The notes below the pieces were generated by a model. The model saw only the letters and a program-made list of their open reading frames with translations. It was not told the DNA's origin and did no database searches. This document shows positions 1 through 9,200 of a stretch of DNA of 64,000 bases, piece by piece. Origin of the DNA: Candidatus Omnitrophota bacterium (GTDB taxonomy: Bacteria > Omnitrophota > Omnitrophia > Omnitrophales > Aquincolibacteriaceae). The stretch covers positions 2,708 to 66,707 of the forward strand of contig JAKLIQ010000006.1 in the NCBI GenBank assembly GCA_022709525.1. Direction: 5' to 3'. The translations under genes were made by a program, and so were the position numbers. Positions within the stretch are counted from its first letter, which is position 1. Each line of letters opens with the position of its first letter.

Positions 1-1
1 G

Positions 2-280
2 GGGTTTTTACCGATCGAGCGGGCCTGGATGGACAAGTGGGTTGCCGACGGGCAGGTGGATATTTTCCGCGAATTCCATAAAGAACCGGGGCATTACAGC
101 TGGTGGGACCTGAAATCCGGCGCCCGTGACCGGAATGTCGGCTGGCGGATCGATTATCATTTTGTGACCCAGGATCTTGTCCCGAAGATCAAAAGCGCCA
201 CGATTCTTCGGGATGTGATAGGGTCGGACCATACACCTGTTTTAATAGAATTAAAACCGGGAATCGGGACTCGTTCCTAG
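2..280 (+). CDS. Exodeoxyribonuclease III (EEP family) C-terminal fragment, 5'-truncated by the window edge. The last 5 codons and the TAG stop come from a GGGACTCG repeat.
   Basis: ORF open from nt 2. Tail ...RDVIGSDHTPVLIEL matches the ExoIII/APE C-terminal SDH[AT]PV motif. Ends ...KPGIGTRS* inside repeat 260-337. Confidence 0.55.
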   Translation, partial: GFLPIERAWMDKWVADGQVDIFREFHKEPGHYSWWDLKSGARDRNVGWRIDYHFVTQDLVPKIKSATILRDVIGSDHTPVLIELKPGIGTRS

Positions 281-337
281 GGACTCGTTTGGGCTCCTCG
301 TTTTACAAGGGGCGAGTCCCGAGCTACGAGTCCCTAC
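260..337. repeat. GGGACTCG palindromic miniature element: two direct GGGACTCG units, a spacer, then two inverted CGAGTCCC units.
   Basis: gggaatcgggactcgttcctagggactcgtttgggctcctcgttttacaaggggcgagtcccgagctacgagtccc. Confidence 0.85.
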
Positions 338-345
338 TTTAAAAA

Positions 346-804
346 ATGAATTCACTCAAAAAACAAATACTCATCAACGCTCCGCTTGAAAAGACCTGGG
401 CGATCCTTGCGGATGTGTCGCGGACACCCGAATGGGTGGACGGCGTCAAAGAAAGCGAGCGGACCGGCCCGGTGCGCGAGGGCAAAGGCGCGCGTTGGCG
501 CGAAAGCTGCGTCCTCGACCGTCAACACATCGAAGTCGAGCACGAAATGACCGTTTGGGAGCCCATGAAGAAAGCCGTCATCCAAAGTTCGCTTCCCATG
601 AACGGCTCGATGACGCGGACGCTTGTCCTGCATCAAAAGCCGGAAGGTGTTGAGATCTCCGTGGAATTTGCTTGGGACCTCGGGATCGCCGGGATGATCT
701 TAGGAGAAGAAAAAGTTCGCAAGATCCTCGATCAAAGCTTTACGAATACGCTCGCCAACTGGAAAGATTTAGCAGAAAAACCGGGACTCGGGACTCGTTC
801 CTAG
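346..804 (+). CDS. SRPBCC (START/Bet v1/polyketide-cyclase fold) family protein. C-terminal ...KPGLGTRS* is supplied by a repeat.
   Basis: 152 aa. Bet v1-like pattern (INAPLEKTWAILADVSRTPEW...). Stop TAG lies inside repeat 782-849. Confidence 0.55.
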   Translation: MNSLKKQILINAPLEKTWAILADVSRTPEWVDGVKESERTGPVREGKGARWRESCVLDRQHIEVEHEMTVWEPMKKAVIQSSLPMNGSMTRTLVLHQKPEGVEISVEFAWDLGIAGMILGEEKVRKILDQSFTNTLANWKDLAEKPGLGTRS

Positions 805-849
805 GGACTTGTTTTTGGTTTCTCGTCTTTTTTCGAGGGGCGAGTCCCT
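782..849. repeat. GGGACTCG palindromic miniature element between convergent genes.
   Basis: cgggactcgggactcgttcctagggacttgtttttggtttctcgtcttttttcgaggggcgagtccc. Confidence 0.85.
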
Positions 850-854
850 TTATT

Positions 855-2966
855 TTAAGCGGCTTTTTCGGGAAGTTCCTGCGACAGCATCTCGGAAACA
901 AGATTCTCCAGAAGCGCCAGGAATTCCGGGTTTTTGGCGGACTGGTACAGGTTCGGGTTCAAGGCGATGATCCGGTAAAGAACGAGCGAGATGGGCCGTT
1001 CCGGCAGCACCACATACACACCGCTTTTATAACCTTCCTTCATGATCGCGAACGGGAATTTTTTCGCGAATCGCTGGAATTTCGGGGTTTGGTTCATCAG
1101 CGTATCCAGATCCTCGACCTCAAAACGCTCGATCCCCCGGGAAGCCAGAAAGATCTCGGGAACTTCCGCGAGAGGCACATCCTGGACCAGAACGAGAAAA
1201 TCGTTGCTCTTGACGATCCCTTCGATCAAGCCCGGGACTTTTTCATCTTCGAGAAGTCTCTTTAAAATACTGACCTGCGAGACCAGCATGGCTTTGCCGT
1301 GAACGCCTTGGATCCTTTCAAACCAGCCGCGGACGATACGAAGCTGTTCCGCGCCCCCCAGGAGCTTGAATGATGTCTCGTCGAAGGTTGTGGCGGGAAG
1401 CGCCGCGCGGCGCGTGGCGGTCTGTGAAAGGGGGGAATTTCCGGTGAACGCGGCCACGGCTTTGCGGACATCGTTGGTCGCGAGAAGGACTCCATAGCTT
1501 GCTTGGAACCTATCGTCGAACCACTCAAGCGCATTTCGGAGTTCCGAAAGCGTCTGATCTTTCACCCTGTCGAGACCCGGCCTTAACCCTGTAGAGACCG
1601 GGTCTCTGAGGGGTCCGCCCATTCTTTGGGCGTAAAGCTTTTCATTCATGGAGGCGCCACCAAGGTCCGGGGCGACGGTGATATAAGAGATCCCCGACTC
1701 TCGGAATTTCTGGGACAATCCGTCCGTATGAAATCCGCCCGTGACGACCGCGATATTGCCGGCCAAAGCAGGATCGTTCATGATCTTTTCAAAAAAGATA
1801 TCATCGCGTTTTTTGACCGTGTCGTAGAAATCAAGCGACAAGACAAGCTCCTCGGCCAGACCGATCCCCGCCAGCTCGGGCTCAAGCGCGATCTTTTCAT
1901 TCTCGTAGATCTTAAGGTCTTTCGGCATGGCTTTAAGGAGCAGCAACCGTTCCGCCAGGTAGAACCGTTCGGTCTTATCCCATAGGGCCTGTTCCTCGGT
2001 GGTTTTGATGAGCTTTTCAAGGACGCGGCCGGTCAAAATTTCGATCTGGGACATCAGATCTTCGAGAGAAATACGGTCCTGTAACTGGTAAATGCGGTTC
2101 AGTTTTTTGATCTCGGGGTAAAGGAGCATTTTCTCTTCCGGGATCTTGCCGCCGCGGACCAGCTCCTCGAGATTCCAGGAGGAGTTCTTGTATTTCTGCA
2201 TCAGGTCGCGGACTTCGGCCTCAAGCCGCTCTTTCGAGACTGATTTTTCTTCCGTCATGATCTCCTGAAGAAGCGCGATCTGGTCGAGGTCGGAGTAAAT
2301 GGCGCCAATACTTTCCGCAGTTTTTAAAAGCAAAGGAAAAAATTTGCCAAGGTCCGAAGTTTCGCGGAATTCTCCGAAGGCCTTCCCGAAATTCTGAAGT
2401 TCCGGCCCCCAGACCGATCCCTGGGAATTTTTTAACGAAGCGCCGTAATCAAGGAGTTTTTGGCGGATCTCCGGCTCTTTTTGAAGATGGGCGAGGAATA
2501 GCTGGCGGTTCTTTTCATACAAAGCGGCGTCTTCCATCCCGATGAGCATGATCGGTTCGGGCGACATGATCGCGGCATGAACGGGTCCGGAGATTCTATC
2601 GTCCTCCAACAGTGCATTAGCAAGAAGCATTTTCTCGCGCGAAGTTGGGATCGCATGGCTTTTGGGAAGGGAAGTTGAAGACCAGGCGCCTTCAAGCGCG
2701 GCTTTTTCAACGCCAAAGACGGTTCGCAGCCGCTCTAAAAGCGCCGCGATATTCTGCTGCGCGATCATATGCGCGTGAACATCCTGGATCTGGATGATGA
2801 TCCTCGGGCTCCCGCCGCCAAAACGCTCCTGAACCTTTCCGATCCCTTCAGGCGCCGCAAAATCGGCAAGGTCCGGAAGAGCTTCAGCTGTTTGCGCGCC
2901 GGCGACGGGGGAAAAGATCAAGGAAAGGACAAGCGAGGCAAAAAGAGGTTTGAAGATCATTCTCAT
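855..2966 (-). CDS. Stand-alone paralogue (703 aa) of the giant-protein N-terminal domain. Secreted or anchored TraB/GumN/Tiki-like domain protein plus a C-terminal extension.
   Basis: N-terminal signal MRMIFKPLFASLVLSLIFSPVAGAQT. Motifs IIIQIQDVHAH...LEGAW...VVTGGFHTDG...ISYITVAP are collinear with giant 1 (LIHIQEAHAN...LLEGAG...LITGGFHTDG...SSYIGITP) and giant 2 (LIVHLEDAHG...VEGGLG...LITGGFHSEG...VSYVRIAP). GGAGG lies 5 nt upstream of the ATG. Confidence 0.8.
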   Translation of the reverse strand: MRMIFKPLFASLVLSLIFSPVAGAQTAEALPDLADFAAPEGIGKVQERFGGGSPRIIIQIQDVHAHMIAQQNIAALLERLRTVFGVEKAALEGAWSSTSLPKSHAIPTSREKMLLANALLEDDRISGPVHAAIMSPEPIMLIGMEDAALYEKNRQLFLAHLQKEPEIRQKLLDYGASLKNSQGSVWGPELQNFGKAFGEFRETSDLGKFFPLLLKTAESIGAIYSDLDQIALLQEIMTEEKSVSKERLEAEVRDLMQKYKNSSWNLEELVRGGKIPEEKMLLYPEIKKLNRIYQLQDRISLEDLMSQIEILTGRVLEKLIKTTEEQALWDKTERFYLAERLLLLKAMPKDLKIYENEKIALEPELAGIGLAEELVLSLDFYDTVKKRDDIFFEKIMNDPALAGNIAVVTGGFHTDGLSQKFRESGISYITVAPDLGGASMNEKLYAQRMGGPLRDPVSTGLRPGLDRVKDQTLSELRNALEWFDDRFQASYGVLLATNDVRKAVAAFTGNSPLSQTATRRAALPATTFDETSFKLLGGAEQLRIVRGWFERIQGVHGKAMLVSQVSILKRLLEDEKVPGLIEGIVKSNDFLVLVQDVPLAEVPEIFLASRGIERFEVEDLDTLMNQTPKFQRFAKKFPFAIMKEGYKSGVYVVLPERPISLVLYRIIALNPNLYQSAKNPEFLALLENLVSEMLSQELPEKAA

Positions 2967-3221
2967 GGCGTTCCTCCGTTGGCAAGGATATATATAACGC
3001 AGAACCTGTTTAAAATCAACAAGTTATGCCTATTTTTTCATCCAGAAGCTCTATTTTCTTATATAGCAGAAAATAGCAATATTATCTAATAAACCGCTTC
3101 TGGGAAATATATTGAGCATGGGTTGTTAAATACTTTTTCAACCCCTTGAAATTTGAGAAACTTGTGTTACCTTTCCCATGAGTTTTCTCAATTCCAGGTT
3201 CCGAAAGGGCAAGATCAACGC
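2967..3221. promoter_or_regulatory. AT-rich divergent promoter region between the 703-aa paralogue (-) and giant gene 1 (+). Contains the GTGTTACCTTT motif (3164-3174) also found upstream of giant gene 2.
   Basis: About 35% GC against about 55% for the flanks. Small inverted repeat ctattttcttatatagcagaaaatag. Motif is shared with 36021-36031. Confidence 0.4.
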
Positions 3222-6200
3222 ATGGATTGTCTTAAGAATTTAAGGCGGTTTTTGGCGGGTATTGTCGCCTTCACATTCTTCGCGACGAACACTCTCACCC
3301 CAACTCCGAGCGCCTATGCGGCGAACGTAGAGTCTCCGTCCTTTGTTTCTTCTTTTAAGATCCCCGCAGAATTCGGCAAAGTCACCGATATTTTCTTAGG
3401 GACTCGGGACTCGTTCCTAGGGACTCGTAGCACAAAGAACTCAAACGAGTCCCGCGTATTAATTCATATCCAGGAAGCCCACGCCAATTATGACGCCCAG
3501 AAGAATATCCGGAATATCCTTGAGTATTTATCCCAAAATTACGGTATCAAGCTCGTCCTTTTAGAAGGCGCCGGGAACAAACTCCAGCCCGAACTTTTCA
3601 GGTTTTTCCCGCAGGACGCGGAACTTCAGCAGGCGGTGAATGACAAGCTGATGGAGATCGGCGAACTGAACGGCGCGGAAGTGTTTATGATTGAAAATAC
3701 GGGACTCGGGGCTCGACCCTTGGGACTCGATAAAACTAGGAACAAAAACGAGTCCCTAGTCCCTAGTGACGAGTCCCGCTCCGAAAGCGTTGCCGCTTTC
3801 GGTGTTGAGAATACAGCCGCCTATGTCAAAAATCTCGCTAGCTACCGGGAGGTTTTTGAAGGACGCAAGATCGCGGATGATTTTCTCGGAGCTTTCTATA
3901 CCCGATGGCAGAGATCGGCCGACCTTTCCATGAATAAATCCCTGCGCGAATTCCTGGGCCGCGAGACGGCATTCGAAGAGGATCGCGTTCCGCTCCAGGA
4001 TTGGCTGGAATCCTTGAAGAAAACGGCTTCCCGGGAGCTCGAACTGGACCTTGATAATGTTCGCGTGCAAAACGACTGGCCCGTGCTTGTCCGCTACTTT
4101 CGGCTGAAGCAGATCGCCCCGAAGATCAATGCGGCAAAAGCCCGGCAGGAAAAAGAAGTATTTTTACAGGACCTCAAAGCCCGCCGGATCCCTTCGGAAC
4201 TCCTTCAGGAGATCACAAAACTCCTCGAGCACAAAAAAGACGGGGACCTTCCTCCTTACAAAACCCGTTTTGCCTTCGAAAAACTCATGGATCTTCTGCC
4301 GACGGATTATTCGTTCGAACAATACCCCAATTTTAAGCTGCATCTCCAGCAGTTGATCCTTTTAAGCGAGCTCCAGAGCGATCAGCTTCAGGAAGAGATT
4401 GCGAAGCTCACCGAAAAACTCACAGTCCGTCTTACTCAAACTGAAAATGATAAACAACTCGTCGCGGTTTTGCATGATTACCGCCTTGTTAAAAAATTAT
4501 TTCAGCTCGAATTGAATCGTGGTGAATACCAGCAGCTTTTATCCCGCAATGTTTCACCCGCAAACATTATTAAGGGACTCGGGACTAGTTCCTCGGGACT
4601 CGGGAATCCAGGAAAAACGAGGAGCGAGTCCCGAATGACGAGGCTCGAGCTTCTCTACGGGACGGCAATCCGGTTTTACGAGGGAGCGATCGAGCGTGAG
4701 CATTGGATGATGCAAAAAGCGCTCGAGCGGATGCGGGAACGTAAACAGGCCAAGGCGGTCCTGATCACCGGCGGTTTTCACACCGACGGCTTTAGGGAAA
4801 AGATCCTCGCCGGCGGCAGTTCCTATATCGGGATCACCCCGCGCATCGGCGAGATCACCGCTGATTCTCAGAAGAATTATATTCAAACCTTGTTGGGTTT
4901 GAACGGGACTAGCGCCTCGCACCTCGGGACTCGTAAAAACGAGGAACAAAAACAAGTCCCGAGTCCCGAGTCCCGAGTCCCTGTCGCTGTAAGCGACATC
5001 GCTGCCACCCCTCGCTCTGACATCCGGCTCATGGCGGAAACGGGAGCGCTCGATCACTCCTTAAGCCGCATCGAGGCCGCCTCGATCGACATCGTTGCTT
5101 CTACTCGTCCCGAAAACCGCGAAACCTACCAAGCCCAATTAACCCAAGGCATTCAAACCATTAAAGACGAAGTTTTTAGTGGGCCAACTTCTACCGTACG
5201 CGCCGAAATGCGGAGAGCAATCAGGGTCGAGATTCCGGAACAGGTGAATAACGCCTTGAATTTGGAGCAATACCTTCGCAGTCTTTTGGGTAAAGCGGAG
5301 TACGGAACGCAAAATGTAACGCTCGAAGCGATCGCCGCGGGTGAATGGCGCATTGTCCTCGTTACCCAAAAAGGAGAAACGATCCCTACTTCCAATATGG
5401 CCCTCGCAAGTTCGATTCTTTCCGAGAAGGGCTATCATAACGGCATTCGCGATCTTCAAGCTATTGAATTCCATCCTCGCTCCGAAATGCGGGAGCGGAT
5501 CCTGCTTGTCGATGACAGCGAATCGGACCGCGCGCTCTTTCGGGTTATCCTGGAAAGCAAAAAGTATGAAGTGGTTGTTGTTGAAAGCGCCGAAGAAGCT
5601 CTCGAAGAGTACGCAAGAGCCAAAAAAGAAGGGAAGCCCTTCGCTGCCGTTGTTTCTGATTGGAATATGCCGAAAATGAAAGGCGACGAGCTGGCGCGCC
5701 GGATCACGGACGTGCCCTTTATCCTTCAAAGCTCGAACATCCTTGAGGACGGCACCGCGGAGAACCCCGCCGAACAGAAGATCCTGGATGAACTGGCCGC
5801 CTTAAACCCTTTTTTCAGGACCCATTCCAAAAACGAGCTGGGATTTTTGGCCGAGAAGCTGGCGGGACTCATTTTTGCCGCGAAACCCCCCGTTTTAAGC
5901 TTTTTGGAAATGCACAGCGCATTTACCGCGATCGCCAAAGAAGCCGCCGGCAACGATGATCTTGTCAAATTCATCAATGATAAATGGGAGCCCTTTTTGA
6001 CCACGGGCCCACTCACGAAAACAAAAGAGAAACCTTTAAAAACCGGGCAGGACTGGCAGCAATATTTCCTGAAATTGGGCCGCTTGAACCACGACCCCGA
6101 TATCGCCGCCGAAGCCTACAGACGCTTTCAGGCAATGGTGAAAAAAAATACAGGCAAGGAGTTGCCGCCCTTGCGCGAGGGGCCCCGCCAGCGTTCTGAA

Positions 6201-9200
6201 ATACGCACAACGGCAAAAAAAGCTGCTGATGCAAAACGAACCATCAAAAATATCGCGGATTATGTTCGGCCCGAACAAGGACAGAAAAAAGGGATCGGAA
6301 AGATCACGATACCTTATTACAAAGGCGGTGTCGAAATCAGCTATCGATTCGAACGTCTTAAAGAAAAAAAGAAAGAAATTATCGAAGTTTTCAAGAATTT
6401 GATAGCGGCTTTGGAACTCGAAGCTGAGGAGGAGCCGGAAATAGGCAGGCATTTTGAAGAGGGTATGAGCCATCAGGACCTCGTAGGCGTTTTCCGTTAT
6501 GACTTGGAGCAGAACCATATTTTTATGTTGCTTGCTTGGCTCAAAGCGTTGGGATTTCTGGACCTTTCCCCGACCCAGCAGGCGCTTTTGGAAAAAATGA
6601 AAGAAACTAAAAGCGCAGACAAGATCAAGCTCTACCCTAGAATCTTAAATATTGATTTAAAAGTTTTAAAACCCGAAGTTGAAAAATCGAGCGTCACAAG
6701 AGAAGCCGAAGAAGAGGATCTCGAGCCGGACGCAAACGACCTTGAAGGCGAAGACGCGGAAGCGCGCGCAGAAGTCAGGGCCTCTCAACCTGCCGGGAAA
6801 ACCGGTTTCGGCATCTTTTATCGTTTTAAACTTGCCCTGGCCATCGGGATCATCGGACTCTGGTCCGCGATCATGGCGCGGGCCCAGACCGTATTTCCCG
6901 GCAAACCTTACCTCGAGCATTACGCGGGGCTTTCCGGATCAGGGTCGATCGCGCAATATAGCAGCGCTCATTTCAAATGGAATTTCCGCATTTGGAACCC
7001 CGGCTACTCATTAGCCGTTTATAATTTTGGAACAACCGCTCAAGGCCCGCAAAATCTAAGCGGTTACACCAGTTTTAGTTGGGACGTCCGCTCCTACATT
7101 AACAACACCACAGGCCATCAGGGTGTTTTCCGGGTCGAATTCAAAGACACGGACGGCGATATCGCCAGCAAGACCGTTAGCGGCATTTATAGCAACTATC
7201 AGACCGTTACGATCACTTTGGCGGAACTTCTCGCCAGCAATCCTGCCTACAACCCTCAAAACACCAAAGAGATCGTTTGGGTCGCGGACAGCAATGCTTA
7301 TATGCCAGATGACTATGAAGGGTGGGCTGAATTTAAAACGGGCGGGCTTTTCTTCACCACGAATATTTCTCCCAACGCCTCTTATACCCTTTATGACACG
7401 ACCGAGCTTCCCGAAGGGACCGAAGGCGCGGTGGACCCTGTCACGGTCTATCCCGTCGGCGCGTCGGTGACAGCCAGCAATCAGGACCACGGGATCGCGT
7501 TCACTTATAACACGGGCGGCCAGACATGGGCCGGCGCCGGCATGGCGTTCGATGATTTCGGAACAGTACCTGTCGGCACAGGGGATTTGAGCGGTTTTTC
7601 GAACCTTGTTTTTGGCATTAAGGCCACCGGGACCACGCAGCTTAAGATGGAAATCGTGGATAGCGCCGAGAACAAGGAATATGTCTACTTAAACGGCATG
7701 AATGCCGGGTACCAGACATGGGTCATCCCGATGAGCTTTTTTGCCGGCATCGATCTTGAGAACGTCAAAGTCATTTATTTTATCGTCGAGGGCGCAGGCA
7801 AAAGCGGCACCGTCTCTATTAACCACATTCCCGAGACGATTGACATTACTGGCGTCAGACGTCAGCAAAATAATGATGTCGTCACTTTTTCAAGCATTTC
7901 AGGGCTTACCTATCGCGTGGATCAGAGCGCGGCCGGCCTTGTCAGTCCGAATTGGCAGACAGGCGCCACCACAAGAGCTCTCGGCCCCTCCGCGACGATC
8001 ACCAACAGCACCGGGTCTTCTTCTAATACCGTTGTGACACGGGTGATTTATAACCGTTCTGAGGCGAGGGAAGAAAAAACCCCGGCCTATAAGATCAAGT
8101 CGGAAGAAGTAAGCGTTTATGATCCGTCTAGTCCGAAAAGCGAGCCGTATGCCGTCGCCATGGACCTTGTTGAAGAGGTCCGGATATCCGAGACAAGAAC
8201 AGTTTATTTCAAAAAAGCCGCTTTTGAGGAGGCCTATGAAATTTATCTTAAGGGCGTGCCCAACGCTCTCGGCCTTTTGAAAGAAGGCGTCAGGACCCGA
8301 ATAGGCGATCTTCCGTTCCGTTTTATCGCCCGGGAAGGAAAACTGATCATCCTGGCGGAAAAACCCGGCATTGTTGTGATGAAGAAAATCCCGCAAACAG
8401 AAGCCGCGATAGCCAAGAAAACGCCCTTAGCCGCGAAAGCGCCGCTTCGGATCAAAAAATCCGAACTTACCAAGATCCAGGGAGAGGGAAGGAGCCGCTC
8501 CGAAGCGCGGCTTGATATCGAAAAGGAAATGTTCAAAAGTTTTTCGGAGCTTTCTTCCGACCTGCGGGTAAAGCTCAAGACCGAATGGAGCCGTTTCAGG
8601 CGTTTCGGCGGCAACTCACTTGAAAAAGCGCTGCGTGAAGACAATGAGGCGGGCGTTTTAACCCTCCTGGAATATTACTGGGAATTCGTCGGGGAGAAGA
8701 TCGTGCCTCCCGATGTCCTTTCCGGCAAGGTATCGATGGTGGCCCTGTCGCTGACCGGGGCTTGCGTTATGGGGCTCGTGGGTCTGACAGAAATACCGGT
8801 CCACGCCTTATTGATCAACCTTTCGATCTGGAGTTTTATCGCGGCAAGCGGTGTGTTCGCGGTTTCTTTGGCCGGAAGCCTTATTGGCAATCGGATGAAA
8901 CATAGCGAACTGGCCCGCGTCGATCACCTCATCAAATTAATGAGAGAGCTTATGGTCCGCCGGAACCATCTCCCCCTTTCGACTTTGGAGGAAAAAACGC
9001 TTTCGGGCGCATCTTCCGGCGCTCCCGTCGAAGCGGTTTACCGGCCGCCCCGAATGATCCAATTTTCGGAGCCGTTTGTGGAAGGCGAACGTCCCGGTAA
9101 AAGACCGCCTGAAGTGGAACCGCCTGCCCGTGCCGAACTAAGAGGTTTTGGATTCGATGTTCCGGATTGGGCCGTTGGAAGCGCTTCGAACTACCTCAAG

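Larger units (their letters stand above)
3350..4870 (+). other. Giant 1 N-terminal TraB/GumN/Tiki-like domain (putative metalloprotease-like fold), interrupted by four in-frame GGGACTCG elements.
   Basis: VLIHIQEAHANYDAQ (3457-3500), LVLLEGAGN, AVLITGGFHTDGF (4758-4796). The TraB family has a G-T-x-H N-terminal motif and a G-x-G-H-x-x-G C-terminal motif. Confidence 0.45.

Noticed and set aside
3153-3221. TTG at 3153 and TTG at 36049 as true starts of the giant genes.
   Set aside because: These are simply the first in-frame codons after upstream stops. The first ATGs (3222; 36061 or 36115) are followed by signal-like hydrophobic segments and are more plausible starts. The coordinates remain uncertain.
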